From: an uncultured Erysipelotrichaceae bacterium
GTDB taxonomy: Bacteria; Bacillota_I; Bacilli_A; Erysipelotrichales; Erysipelotrichaceae
Assembly (NCBI GenBank): GCA_902803785.1
Contig: CADCRE010000034.1
Span: forward strand, 1-62,064
Length of the DNA: 62,064 nucleotides
Direction: 5' to 3'
The notes under the pieces were generated by a model. The model did no database searches. It was not told the origin of the DNA and saw only the letters and a list, made by a program, of their open reading frames with translations. Of this stretch, positions 15,359 through 24,243 are shown piece by piece (position 1 is the first letter of the stretch; each line of letters starts with the position of its first letter). Made by a program: the position numbers and the translations under genes.

Positions 15359-17311
15359 TTATACGAAGGATGATCCTCCGGTCACGATCCAGCATGCGAG
15401 CATCGCCGCGATCAGAGCCCCGGTATAGGCCCTTCCGGTCTTGCGGTAACACCAGGTACATAATACCGAGAAGAAGAGGACCTGCGGAACGAATAGGATC
15501 AGGATGGACATGAACGGTCCGCCGAAGGTGGAACCGAAGAGGACGTCAGCACCCGGTCCGATCCCCAGGAAGAACGGGATGTATTCCAGCAAGACGATCA
15601 GAAGGACACCTCCGGCCATCAGAAGGAAGTTGTAGAGCCAGTTGCGAAGGAAGGCGGAGACGCCTTTTTCGTAGGTGGATCTGATACGCATATCTCTCAT
15701 AACCTTGGAGTTGTTCAGAAGGTAGAACAGTGCAAAGAACGGGATGTATACCGCAAACTGTACGATACGGATCGAATTGAATTCGCGGAAGAACGGCCAG
15801 ATGAAGCGCAGATCCAGATCGAAGATCCTGGAGTAAAGGAAGTTCATCAGGTAGACCATAGCGACAGCATAGAATGCCAGAAGCAGGGATAAGAGCCAGA
15901 CAGGGAAACTGAATCTCTCTTTTTCGATGCCGGCTTTCTTATTCTTGGCGGATGTGATGAGATTACTGATACACATGATGAGGATCAGCAGGAGATACCA
16001 GCTTAAGAAGCCGTTTCCGACTGTCATGCGGAAGATATTTTCCGGTAAAGGAAGCAGGGCATGTCCCAGCTGGGTCATGAACGGGAAGGAGAGACCGGAC
16101 AGCAGCATCGTGATCAGAGTACCGGAAACTCTCGATCTTCCTTTCAGCATCCCTTCTTTGGATGGAAGTTCCTGAACGACGTTCTTGAACAGCTTCGTCT
16201 CCAATAAGATATTCATCAGCGGGAACATCGCAAACAGTACCGCCAGCATCGCTCCCAATACGAGGTATTCCTTGATCTTGGCGTTGATCTGAGAATGGTC
16301 GAAATCGTTCGGAAGTTCCAGTGCGGAATCGAGCCAGTCCAAAGCCGTCTCCAGTCCATGCAGATGATGCGTCGTCAGACGGTGATTGGTATTCAGCAGT
16401 TCTATCCTTCTGGCACTGCCGTCATTGAACGTACCGTACGTCGTATTCCAGGCGGCCATGTCGGCGGTCGTACCCAGGAATTCATATCGCAACGGTGTCT
16501 TCAGCAGGTTATCCGTGACGTTGAGCTGATAGTCCCGGAAGTAGGAGAATTCGTCATATTTCGCCTGAAGAAGGAGGACGTTGTTGAAATGATACTTCGA
16601 TGTATCGTAGACGTCATCGGTAAACAGTTCACCGCACTGCAGGACGATGGCCTTCGGTTCGATAGCCGTACCGGACCAGGCAGCCGCAACGCTCCAGCTG
16701 GACCAGGTACCCATGGAGTGGCCGGAGACCGCCATGCGCGATGCATCGACATAATCCAGTTTTGACAGATATTCATAGGCGATCGATCCTCCGCAGGAGG
16801 AATCGGTGATCGCATTCCCGTGATCGTCTTTCGAATAGTGATCGTTGAAGAAAGACAGATTCGAGAAGTTCATCAGGATACGGTAACGGATCGTGCTTCC
16901 GATCGAAGAATAGGTCCCGTCCGCTTCCGAATCGTTTCCGTAGTTGACAGAGACCTTGTGATCGACATATCCCCGTTTCAGAAGGCCGACCGTCGTGGAT
17001 CCGTGTCCGTATTCATCCAGACACAGGACGACCGCTCCTCTTCTTGCGAGCTCGATCGCATAGGCCGCACAGGTCTCGTGATCGTTCTGATAGCCGTGCA
17101 GAAGCAGGACAGCGGGAGCCTTATTGGATGCGGTCGCATCCTTCGGACGGTAAAGCTTGTAGGTCATGAATCCCTCATCGACAGGGATCGTTCCGTCGCT
17201 GATCTCGATCCTGCCGTTATCTCTCTGAATGCGGTCTGCCGCAAACATCAGGCCGCACGAAAGAAGAAGCAGGACGATCAGTACCACAAAAGACCGTTTG
17301 GTTTTCTTCAT
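15359..17311 (-). CDS. membrane-anchored alpha/beta hydrolase fused to a polytopic C-terminal membrane domain
   Basis: N-terminal signal anchor. Hydrolase core with LLLHGYQND and nucleophile elbow SGHSMGT. The C-terminal ~300 aa contain about 7-8 TM helices. Confidence 0.7.
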   Translation of the reverse strand: MKKTKRSFVVLIVLLLLSCGLMFAADRIQRDNGRIEISDGTIPVDEGFMTYKLYRPKDATASNKAPAVLLLHGYQNDHETCAAYAIELARRGAVVLCLDEYGHGSTTVGLLKRGYVDHKVSVNYGNDSEADGTYSSIGSTIRYRILMNFSNLSFFNDHYSKDDHGNAITDSSCGGSIAYEYLSKLDYVDASRMAVSGHSMGTWSSWSVAAAWSGTAIEPKAIVLQCGELFTDDVYDTSKYHFNNVLLLQAKYDEFSYFRDYQLNVTDNLLKTPLRYEFLGTTADMAAWNTTYGTFNDGSARRIELLNTNHRLTTHHLHGLETALDWLDSALELPNDFDHSQINAKIKEYLVLGAMLAVLFAMFPLMNILLETKLFKNVVQELPSKEGMLKGRSRVSGTLITMLLSGLSFPFMTQLGHALLPLPENIFRMTVGNGFLSWYLLLILIMCISNLITSAKNKKAGIEKERFSFPVWLLSLLLAFYAVAMVYLMNFLYSRIFDLDLRFIWPFFREFNSIRIVQFAVYIPFFALFYLLNNSKVMRDMRIRSTYEKGVSAFLRNWLYNFLLMAGGVLLIVLLEYIPFFLGIGPGADVLFGSTFGGPFMSILILFVPQVLFFSVLCTWCYRKTGRAYTGALIAAMLACWIVTGGSSFV

Positions 17312-17411
17312 ATGTGTACTCCTTTTATTATCTGTATCGATATTCTGATTTCATTATTTCATCTTTCCGTTATTTTGTCATCTGCAGGAAACTTTCTGTT
17401 ATGATAGTGGA

Positions 17412-17822
17412 GTGGAACATAACGATGAAAAGATGAATTTCGATTCCCTGTTCAATAAGACGGTGGAATTCCGGAACTGCGGACTTGTGACATATGAAAA
17501 AGGAAACGTGACGGTGAAGACAGTCGTCAACGATACCGACACCAATCCTTACGGATTTACGCACGGAGGATACCTTTATACCCTGTGCGATTCCCTTGCG
17601 GGACTGGTAGGATATTCCCTGGGCAATTACGTCGTCTCTCTTCAGGGAAATATCAACTACATCCGGCATGCGACCTGCGGAGAAGAACTGATCCTGACGG
17701 GGAAGGCCGTTCATGACGGAAAGACCACGAAGGTCGTGGAGACGGAGATCCGCAGCGATGACAGGATCATCTGTAAATGTACGTTCACTCTTTATGTGGT
17801 CGGGACGGTAGAGAAAGAATAA
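17412..17822 (+). CDS. PaaI-family hotdog-fold thioesterase
   Basis: NPYGFTHGGYLYTLCDSLAG motif, about 130 aa. Start is uncertain (GTG at 17412 or ATG at 17433). Confidence 0.75.
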   Translation: MEHNDEKMNFDSLFNKTVEFRNCGLVTYEKGNVTVKTVVNDTDTNPYGFTHGGYLYTLCDSLAGLVGYSLGNYVVSLQGNINYIRHATCGEELILTGKAVHDGKTTKVVETEIRSDDRIICKCTFTLYVVGTVEKE

Positions 17823-17833
17823 AGTGAAAGAAA

Positions 17834-17858
17834 AGGTGAACTGTAACAGTTCACCTTA
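17834..17858. terminator. bidirectional terminator hairpin
   Basis: AAGGTGAACTG pairs with CAGTTCACCTT. It lies between convergent genes. Confidence 0.75.
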
Positions 17859-18044
17859 TTAATGTTTGCCTGTGCCGTAGGTTTTCAGCGCATCGATCAG
17901 TGCGTCCTTTTTTCTCTGTTCCTCTTTGCGCTTGTTGTATCTCTCCGTCTGAGTCTTCGTGAGAGATCCGGTGAAAGAAAACGCCAGGGATAAGCTCCCT
18001 ATGATAAGGGATACGATTATGACAATAACGATAAGCAAGACCAT
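17859..18044 (-). CDS. small single-TM protein with a basic tail
   Basis: 61 aa (MVLLIVIVIIVSLIIGSLSLAF...). Starts 9 nt after the pepD stop. Confidence 0.45.
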   Translation of the reverse strand: MVLLIVIVIIVSLIIGSLSLAFSFTGSLTKTQTERYNKRKEEQRKKDALIDALKTYGTGKH

Positions 18045-18053
18045 TTCAGCCCC

Positions 18054-19487
18054 CTAGATACATCTCTCCAATACCGCGAGAAGGTTCTCGTAGGCACGGT
18101 CGAAGGACGCCAGATCGAGCCTTTCGTCCGGCGTGTGGGCATTCTCGGAGATCGGTCCGTAGGTGATGATGTCGAGTTCCGGGATCAGTCCCTTGAAGAC
18201 ACCGCATTCGAGGCCTCCGTGGATGGCCACTTCTTTCATCTCGATGCCTTTGTCTTTCAATACACCGCGCAGGATCTCCCGCATCTCAGAATCCTTTTCG
18301 AAGTCCCAGCCGAGATAACGGTCGGAAAGCTCGAAATCGAAACCGAAGAGCGGACTGAGGATCTCCAGCTGATGGATGATCATGTCGCCGTGTGATTTGG
18401 CTGCAGAACGGATCAGGTCATCCAGATATAATACGCCGTCATCGATATGGATGACTCCCGCATTCAAAGATGCAGTGGAGAGTCCTTCGATAGCCATGGA
18501 GTGATGGAGGAGTCCGTTCGGTATGACGTTCAGGAACTGCAGGATCTGCAGGGTCTCTTTCGCGGATAAAGCCTGATCGACTGTTTCGACAGGAACGATC
18601 TTTCCGTTGAATCCCGGGTCGGAATACTGCAGTTCGGCAGCGATCTCAGTGAAACATCCCTGTGCCTCTTGATTCAACAGATCGAGATCCGTATCGGATG
18701 TGAAGACGATGTCGCTTTCTCTCGGGATCGCATTGAATTTCAGTCCGCCGTTATAATCGGCGATGCGGATATCCGGATACTTCTGACAGAGCTTCTCCAA
18801 AACTCTTGCGCCTAAGAGGATCGCATTGCCCAGTTCCATGTGGATGCGTCCGGCAGAATGTCCGCCTTTCAGTCCGCGGATCTCCAGACGGTAGGTCTTG
18901 GCTTCGTTTGGAAGATAAGACAGCTTTTTAGACATGACTGTTCTCGCTCCGCCGGAAGAAGTGGTGCAGGTGTTGTCTTCTCCGCCTTCATCCAGGTTGA
19001 TATAGCGCGTGCCATGGAAGTATTCCCGTTTCAGATTCAGTGCACCGAGCAGTCCGATCTCTTCCATCGTGGTGAAGACACACTGAAGAGGCGGATGTTT
19101 CAAAGACGGATCGTCCAGGATCGCCAGCATGTATGCGACACCCATGCCGTCATCGGCACCCAGCGTGGTCCCTCTGGCATAGAGCCATCCGTCTTCTACA
19201 TAAAGATCGAGCGGATCTTTTTCGAAGTCGTGTTCGACATCCTTATTCTTCTCACAGACTATATCCATATGTGCCTGTAAGAGGACGGTCTCACTGTTCT
19301 CATATCCCGGGGATGCGGGCATATCGACGATCACGTTACAGGTATCGTCCTGGATATAACGGAGTCCGTGTTCCTTCGCAAAGGATACGACGTAGTCGCT
19401 GACGGCCTTCTCGTTGCGGCTTCCCCTTGGGATCTTTGAGATCTCATTGAAGTAGAAACAGTATTTTTTTGACAGATCGAATTCCAT
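18054..19487 (-). CDS. pepD: aminoacyl-histidine dipeptidase (M20C, PepD)
   Basis: 477 aa. FNEISKIPRGS, LQAHMDIV, TTLGADDGMG and HTPDERL motifs are typical of PepD. Confidence 0.88.
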   Translation of the reverse strand: MEFDLSKKYCFYFNEISKIPRGSRNEKAVSDYVVSFAKEHGLRYIQDDTCNVIVDMPASPGYENSETVLLQAHMDIVCEKNKDVEHDFEKDPLDLYVEDGWLYARGTTLGADDGMGVAYMLAILDDPSLKHPPLQCVFTTMEEIGLLGALNLKREYFHGTRYINLDEGGEDNTCTTSSGGARTVMSKKLSYLPNEAKTYRLEIRGLKGGHSAGRIHMELGNAILLGARVLEKLCQKYPDIRIADYNGGLKFNAIPRESDIVFTSDTDLDLLNQEAQGCFTEIAAELQYSDPGFNGKIVPVETVDQALSAKETLQILQFLNVIPNGLLHHSMAIEGLSTASLNAGVIHIDDGVLYLDDLIRSAAKSHGDMIIHQLEILSPLFGFDFELSDRYLGWDFEKDSEMREILRGVLKDKGIEMKEVAIHGGLECGVFKGLIPELDIITYGPISENAHTPDERLDLASFDRAYENLLAVLERCI

Positions 19488-19599
19488 GGTTCATCCTCGT
19501 TTCTTTGTAAACATTATATACTGCTTTGCGGGACAGATGGGAAAATTAAGGGTATGATAGTAATAGATAGTTTAATGTAGTAAACGGAAGGAATTTATC

Positions 19600-21423
19600 A
19601 TGAAGATCCTGTTTGTAACGAGCGAATGCGCACCATATTCGAAATCGGGAGGACTGGCGGATGTCGCCTTTTCTCTGCCTCCGGCCCTGCAGAAGACCGG
19701 CAATGAAGTGGAGATCATCACTCCCTATTACCATTGCGTCAGGGAGAAGTTCAGTGAAGGGCTGAAGGATATGGGTTCACTTGAAGTGAGCCTGGGGAAG
19801 GATAAACTGTACTGTGGACTGCTTCGGGGCGAACTGTCCGGTGTGCCGGTCTGGTTCATCGACAATATGGGTCTCTTCGATCGGGACAAACTGTACGGAT
19901 ACGATGACGACAAGTACCGTTTTGCCTGGTTCTCCAAGGCCGTCATCGAAGTGCTGGACCGTCTGGATTTCGTTCCGGACATCCTTCACTGCAACGACTG
20001 GGAAAGTGCGCTGTCGGTCATCTATCTGAAAGACGATCAGGCGAAGCGTCCGGACTACCGCAACATCCGCACTGTATACACCATCCACAATATCGCCTAT
20101 CAGGGACAGTTCGGAAAGAAGGAACTGAAAGATACCTTCGCATTGGACGAAGGATGGTACGAAGGCGGACTGGCCTATGAGTATCAGGGAAGATCAGATG
20201 TCAATCTGATGAAGGGTGCGATGCTGATGGCGGATGCGGTATCGACGGTCTCTCCGACCTATGCCAGAGAACTTCATACACCGGCGTTCGGAAAGGGGCT
20301 GGAGGGTGTCTGCGACATCATCGAATCCAAGATGTACGGGATACTGAACGGGATCGATCCGGATCACTACGATCCGGGGAAGGATGAGAGGATCCCTTGT
20401 CACTTCACGGTCGAAGACAAGGCCGGGAAAAGACAGTGCAAGGCCTATCTTCAGGAGACTTTCGGTTTGAGGAAGGAACGCAGGTGGCCTCTGTTTGCGG
20501 TCGTCGCCCGACTGGTGGAACAGAAGGGCGTGGATCTGATCCGGGAATCTCTGGAAGAGATGATGAAAAAGGGGATACAGCTGATCATCTTCGGACAGGG
20601 AGATAAGAAATATGTCGATTACTTCTACAGCTGTCTGGACCGTTATAGGGGACAGTTCGGGTTCTCCGATCAGTATAATGAAGAGATGGCTGCCAAGGTC
20701 TTTGCGGGAGCGGATTTCTATCTGATGCCTTCCGCATTCGAACCGTGCGGTCTCTCACAGATGATGGCGATGCGTTACGGGACCGTTCCGATCGTTCATG
20801 AGACGGGTGGATTGAAGGATACCGTCAGAGCCTATTCCGATTTCGACGGGATCGGTGACGGTTTCAGTTTTGCGCAGTACAATTCCAAATCGATGATGCT
20901 GGCGATCGATGCGGCGATCAAAGTATACTTTGCGGAACACGATGTCTTCAATATCATCAAGGACCGCTGCATGCGCAAGGATTTCTCCTGGGATAAATCG
21001 GCTCAGGCCTATCTCAAGATGTATTCTGATATCTGCGGAAGCGGAAGCGATCCGAACGTGACCTTCAAGGATGCCTATGAGATCCTGGAAGTGATCTATG
21101 GGGATCTGGAAGAAGACCGCAACGAATATCTGGCGAAGCAGGATGATGACTATATCAATATCGCCCAGATCCGGATCGAAGGTCCGGGTGAAGGGACGTT
21201 CTATGTGAAGATCACGAAACAGGGGATGGAGATGCAGCCGTATGACTACGCGGATGCGCACGTCAAGATCGCTACGACCCTGGATAATCTGTATAAGATG
21301 GCTGTCGGCAGAGCTTCCGCTGACCGTATGTTTGTGAACGGACAGCTGAAGGTGGAAGGAAATATCTCCAAGGGTGCCGAACTGCGTTATCTTCTGGGAC
21401 CGAAGGAAGGTCACCGTTTGTGA
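19600..21423 (+). CDS. glgA: glycogen/starch synthase GlgA fused to a C-terminal SCP2-like domain
   Basis: N-terminus MKILFVTSECAPYSKSGGLADV and EPCGLSQMMAMRYGTVPIVHETGGL are GT5 hallmarks. The core ends near residue 478, followed by a GSGS linker and about 120 aa with FVNGQLKVEGNISKGAEL (SCP2-type). Confidence 0.88.
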   Translation: MKILFVTSECAPYSKSGGLADVAFSLPPALQKTGNEVEIITPYYHCVREKFSEGLKDMGSLEVSLGKDKLYCGLLRGELSGVPVWFIDNMGLFDRDKLYGYDDDKYRFAWFSKAVIEVLDRLDFVPDILHCNDWESALSVIYLKDDQAKRPDYRNIRTVYTIHNIAYQGQFGKKELKDTFALDEGWYEGGLAYEYQGRSDVNLMKGAMLMADAVSTVSPTYARELHTPAFGKGLEGVCDIIESKMYGILNGIDPDHYDPGKDERIPCHFTVEDKAGKRQCKAYLQETFGLRKERRWPLFAVVARLVEQKGVDLIRESLEEMMKKGIQLIIFGQGDKKYVDYFYSCLDRYRGQFGFSDQYNEEMAAKVFAGADFYLMPSAFEPCGLSQMMAMRYGTVPIVHETGGLKDTVRAYSDFDGIGDGFSFAQYNSKSMMLAIDAAIKVYFAEHDVFNIIKDRCMRKDFSWDKSAQAYLKMYSDICGSGSDPNVTFKDAYEILEVIYGDLEEDRNEYLAKQDDDYINIAQIRIEGPGEGTFYVKITKQGMEMQPYDYADAHVKIATTLDNLYKMAVGRASADRMFVNGQLKVEGNISKGAELRYLLGPKEGHRL

Positions 21424-21480
21424 CCCGTTTCTGATACATGTATATCCTTTAGAACAAATCAAGAGAAAGGAGATACGAAG

Positions 21481-22707
21481 ATGCGTATACTGATGATCAA
21501 TCATTTTCCTCTGATGGGATCGGGAAGCGGTACTTATACCCGAAATCTGGCAGTCCATCTGAAGGAACTGGGACATGAAGTCTGTATCATCCTTCCGGAG
21601 AATACAAAAGACCCGAGTGCACCGGACGACGTCAGACTGCATCCGGTCTATTTCACGGCAGATGGCTCTTCAGAAAGGATCGAAGGGGCTCTTCCTTTCA
21701 ATTTCCCGTGTTTTACATCACATCCGCGTTCTGTGACGACCTTTGCGGATCTGAATGAGGAACAACTGAAGATGTATATCGAGGCGTTTCACCAGGCGAT
21801 CGAAGATGAGATAGAAACGACACGCCCGGACGTCATTCACGGTCAGCATGTCTGGATCCTCCCTTCGTTGGCTGCAGGATATGGGATCCCTCTGGTCCTG
21901 ACGGCACACGGAACGGACTTGATGGGTTATGACAAGTGGCCGCAGTTCCGCCCGTATGCGGAGAAGGCTATGGACGCATGTGCATCGGTCATCTCGATCT
22001 CCAAAGACAACTGTACCCTGATCGAAGAACGTTTTCCGCAGGACAGGAATAAGATCGTCATGATGCGAAACGGTTACGACCCGACCGTCTTCTATCCGGA
22101 GCAGACCGATTTGGATCTGTTCATGGAACGTCATGGGATCGCAAAAGAGAAATATCAGGGAAAAAAGATCGTGACTTTTGCGGGGAAACTGACCTATTTC
22201 AAAGGTGTAGACGTCCTGTTGAGAGCGATGAAGATCTATGAAGAAGAAATGCCGAAGACGATCACACTGATCGTCGGTGACGGAGATGAAAGAGACAGAC
22301 TGCACGCGCTGGCGAATGATCTCGGTCTGAAAACGGTCCATTTCTTCGGGAATGTGGATCAGCAGGAACTGCGCAGCGTATATAACGTTTCGGATGTGAA
22401 CCTCGTTCCGTCCAGAAGAGAACCGTTCGGACTGGTAGCGATCGAAGCCATGGGATGTGGTACCCCGGTCATCGCCAGCAACGAAGGCGGATTGCCTGAC
22501 TTCGTAAACGAAAGCGTCGGCGCTTTGGTCAGGCCGGAAGACCCGGAAGACCTGGCCCTCAATATCATGAAGGTCCTTCGCCGGGAAGTAGTGATCGATC
22601 TCAGGGAATGGCGGGATCAGATCGCTGTCTATGCGCGAAGACACTACGCACAGGATACCATCATCCGTGAACTGGATGAACTGTACCGCAAAGCACTCAA
22701 ACAATAG
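21481..22707 (+). CDS. GT4-family (GT-B) glycosyltransferase
   Basis: 408 aa. MRILMINHFPLMGSGSGTY N-terminus and EPFGLVAIEAMGCGTPVIAS E-x7-E region. Confidence 0.8.
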   Translation: MRILMINHFPLMGSGSGTYTRNLAVHLKELGHEVCIILPENTKDPSAPDDVRLHPVYFTADGSSERIEGALPFNFPCFTSHPRSVTTFADLNEEQLKMYIEAFHQAIEDEIETTRPDVIHGQHVWILPSLAAGYGIPLVLTAHGTDLMGYDKWPQFRPYAEKAMDACASVISISKDNCTLIEERFPQDRNKIVMMRNGYDPTVFYPEQTDLDLFMERHGIAKEKYQGKKIVTFAGKLTYFKGVDVLLRAMKIYEEEMPKTITLIVGDGDERDRLHALANDLGLKTVHFFGNVDQQELRSVYNVSDVNLVPSRREPFGLVAIEAMGCGTPVIASNEGGLPDFVNESVGALVRPEDPEDLALNIMKVLRREVVIDLREWRDQIAVYARRHYAQDTIIRELDELYRKALKQ

Positions 22708-22721
22708 AAAAGGAGATCGAT

Positions 22722-23468
22722 ATGGCGATTCAAAGCAAGGAAGTCCTGAATGCGGAAGGACTGCAGTACCACATTCACTGTAAGAAGGGAGATGTCGGAA
22801 AGTATGTATTGGTTCCGGGAGATCCGTTCCGTACCGACATCATCGCACAGAACCTCGAGGATGCGAAACTGGTCGCACACAACCGGGAACACAAGACCTG
22901 GACGGGCTATCTGAACGGAGTGAAAGTCTCTGTCACATCGACAGGGATGGGCGGTCCGTCGACGGCGATCGCCATCGAAGAACTGATCCACTGCGGAGCG
23001 GAAGTCTTCATAAGGGTAGGGACCTGCGGAAGACTCTGCGATGAAAGTTTCGATGAGACCCTGGAAGGTGTCATCCTGACGGGTGCGATCCGGGATGAAG
23101 GAACGACAGTCCATTACATTCCGATCGAATATCCGGCCGTTCCGGACCTGGATGTGACCAACGCACTGGTGAAGGCGGCAAAAGATCTCGGCTATCATTT
23201 TGCAAAGGGGATCGGTCAGTCCAAGGATGCCTTCTACGGACAGACGGATCCGCACTCCATGCCGGACGACCAGAGACTGGTCAACCGCTGGGAAGCCTGG
23301 AAGAGAGCGGGGGTCATGGCCAGCGAGATGGAAGCTTCGACCCTGTTCGTCGTCTCCCAGATCCGCGGCGCCAGAGCGGGTGCTCTGATGGCCTACGGTT
23401 CCATGAACGATCATACGATCGAGATCGCACTGAAGGCGATCGAATATCTGATCGAAGAGGGGATCTGA
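22722..23468 (+). CDS. udp: uridine phosphorylase-like nucleoside phosphorylase (NP-I family)
   Basis: Aligns by eye along its whole length to E. coli Udp (VPGDP, STGMGGPSTAIAIEEL, RVGTCG, EMEASTLF). Confidence 0.8.
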   Translation: MAIQSKEVLNAEGLQYHIHCKKGDVGKYVLVPGDPFRTDIIAQNLEDAKLVAHNREHKTWTGYLNGVKVSVTSTGMGGPSTAIAIEELIHCGAEVFIRVGTCGRLCDESFDETLEGVILTGAIRDEGTTVHYIPIEYPAVPDLDVTNALVKAAKDLGYHFAKGIGQSKDAFYGQTDPHSMPDDQRLVNRWEAWKRAGVMASEMEASTLFVVSQIRGARAGALMAYGSMNDHTIEIALKAIEYLIEEGI

Positions 23469-23469
23469 G

Positions 23470-24186
23470 ATGAATTTCTATGAAGAATACCTGGTGCCGA
23501 TCCTGAAACAGGTCGCACCGGTGATCGAGAATACCGAACATATGCAGGACATCCTCCATGGGACGATGTCTTTGGAACGCATGCGGTTTCAGATCAAGCA
23601 GAACTATCAGTATCTGATGGACTATACACGCTGCTGGGCGGTCGGTTTCAGCAAGTGCGAGAGCTACGAGGATATGGAGATCTGGTACTCCATCGTCAAG
23701 AACACGATGGAGAGCACGGTGATGATGAACCGGACCTATTGGGCAGATCAGCTGCAGATGAGCGTGGATGAGATGGATGCGGTCATCGAAGCGGAAGGAA
23801 AGAGGAGCTATACGGCCTATCAGCTGATGATCGCTCATGAAGGCGATCTGGCCAAGACGATGATGGCTCTGTTTCCGTGCAATATCCTCTACCGTTACTT
23901 CGGAGAAGACCTGTTGGATCAGTGTACCCTGGATCATGACAACATGTATTACCAGTGGCTGGCCTACTACGTATCCGACGAATATATCAAAAAGACTGAA
24001 AACGAGATCGCCATCGTCAATCGGCTCTGTGCCCACAAGACAAAGAAGGAGATCGCAAGACTGCTGGAGATCTTTGCGACCAGCTGCAACTACGAGATCC
24101 TGCAGTGGCAGGACATGTATCACAATATGACGACCTGGCCTTTGGAAGAGATCTTCCCGAAGAAACATACGACAGTCAAAGAATAA
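23470..24186 (+). CDS. TenA/thiaminase-II family protein
   Basis: 238 aa helical protein. LFPCNILYRYFG matches the TenA active-site Cys context. Starts 1 nt after the udp stop. Confidence 0.65.
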   Translation: MNFYEEYLVPILKQVAPVIENTEHMQDILHGTMSLERMRFQIKQNYQYLMDYTRCWAVGFSKCESYEDMEIWYSIVKNTMESTVMMNRTYWADQLQMSVDEMDAVIEAEGKRSYTAYQLMIAHEGDLAKTMMALFPCNILYRYFGEDLLDQCTLDHDNMYYQWLAYYVSDEYIKKTENEIAIVNRLCAHKTKKEIARLLEIFATSCNYEILQWQDMYHNMTTWPLEEIFPKKHTTVKE

Positions 24187-24191
24187 AGAAA

Positions 24192-24219
24192 GAAGATCCT
24201 CATCAGAGGGTCTTCTTTT
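24192..24219. terminator. intrinsic terminator between convergent genes
   Basis: GAAGATCCTC pairs with GAGGGTCTTC, followed by TTTT. Confidence 0.75.
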
Positions 24220-24243
24220 GAAGTTGGACTTATGAATGTCTAA

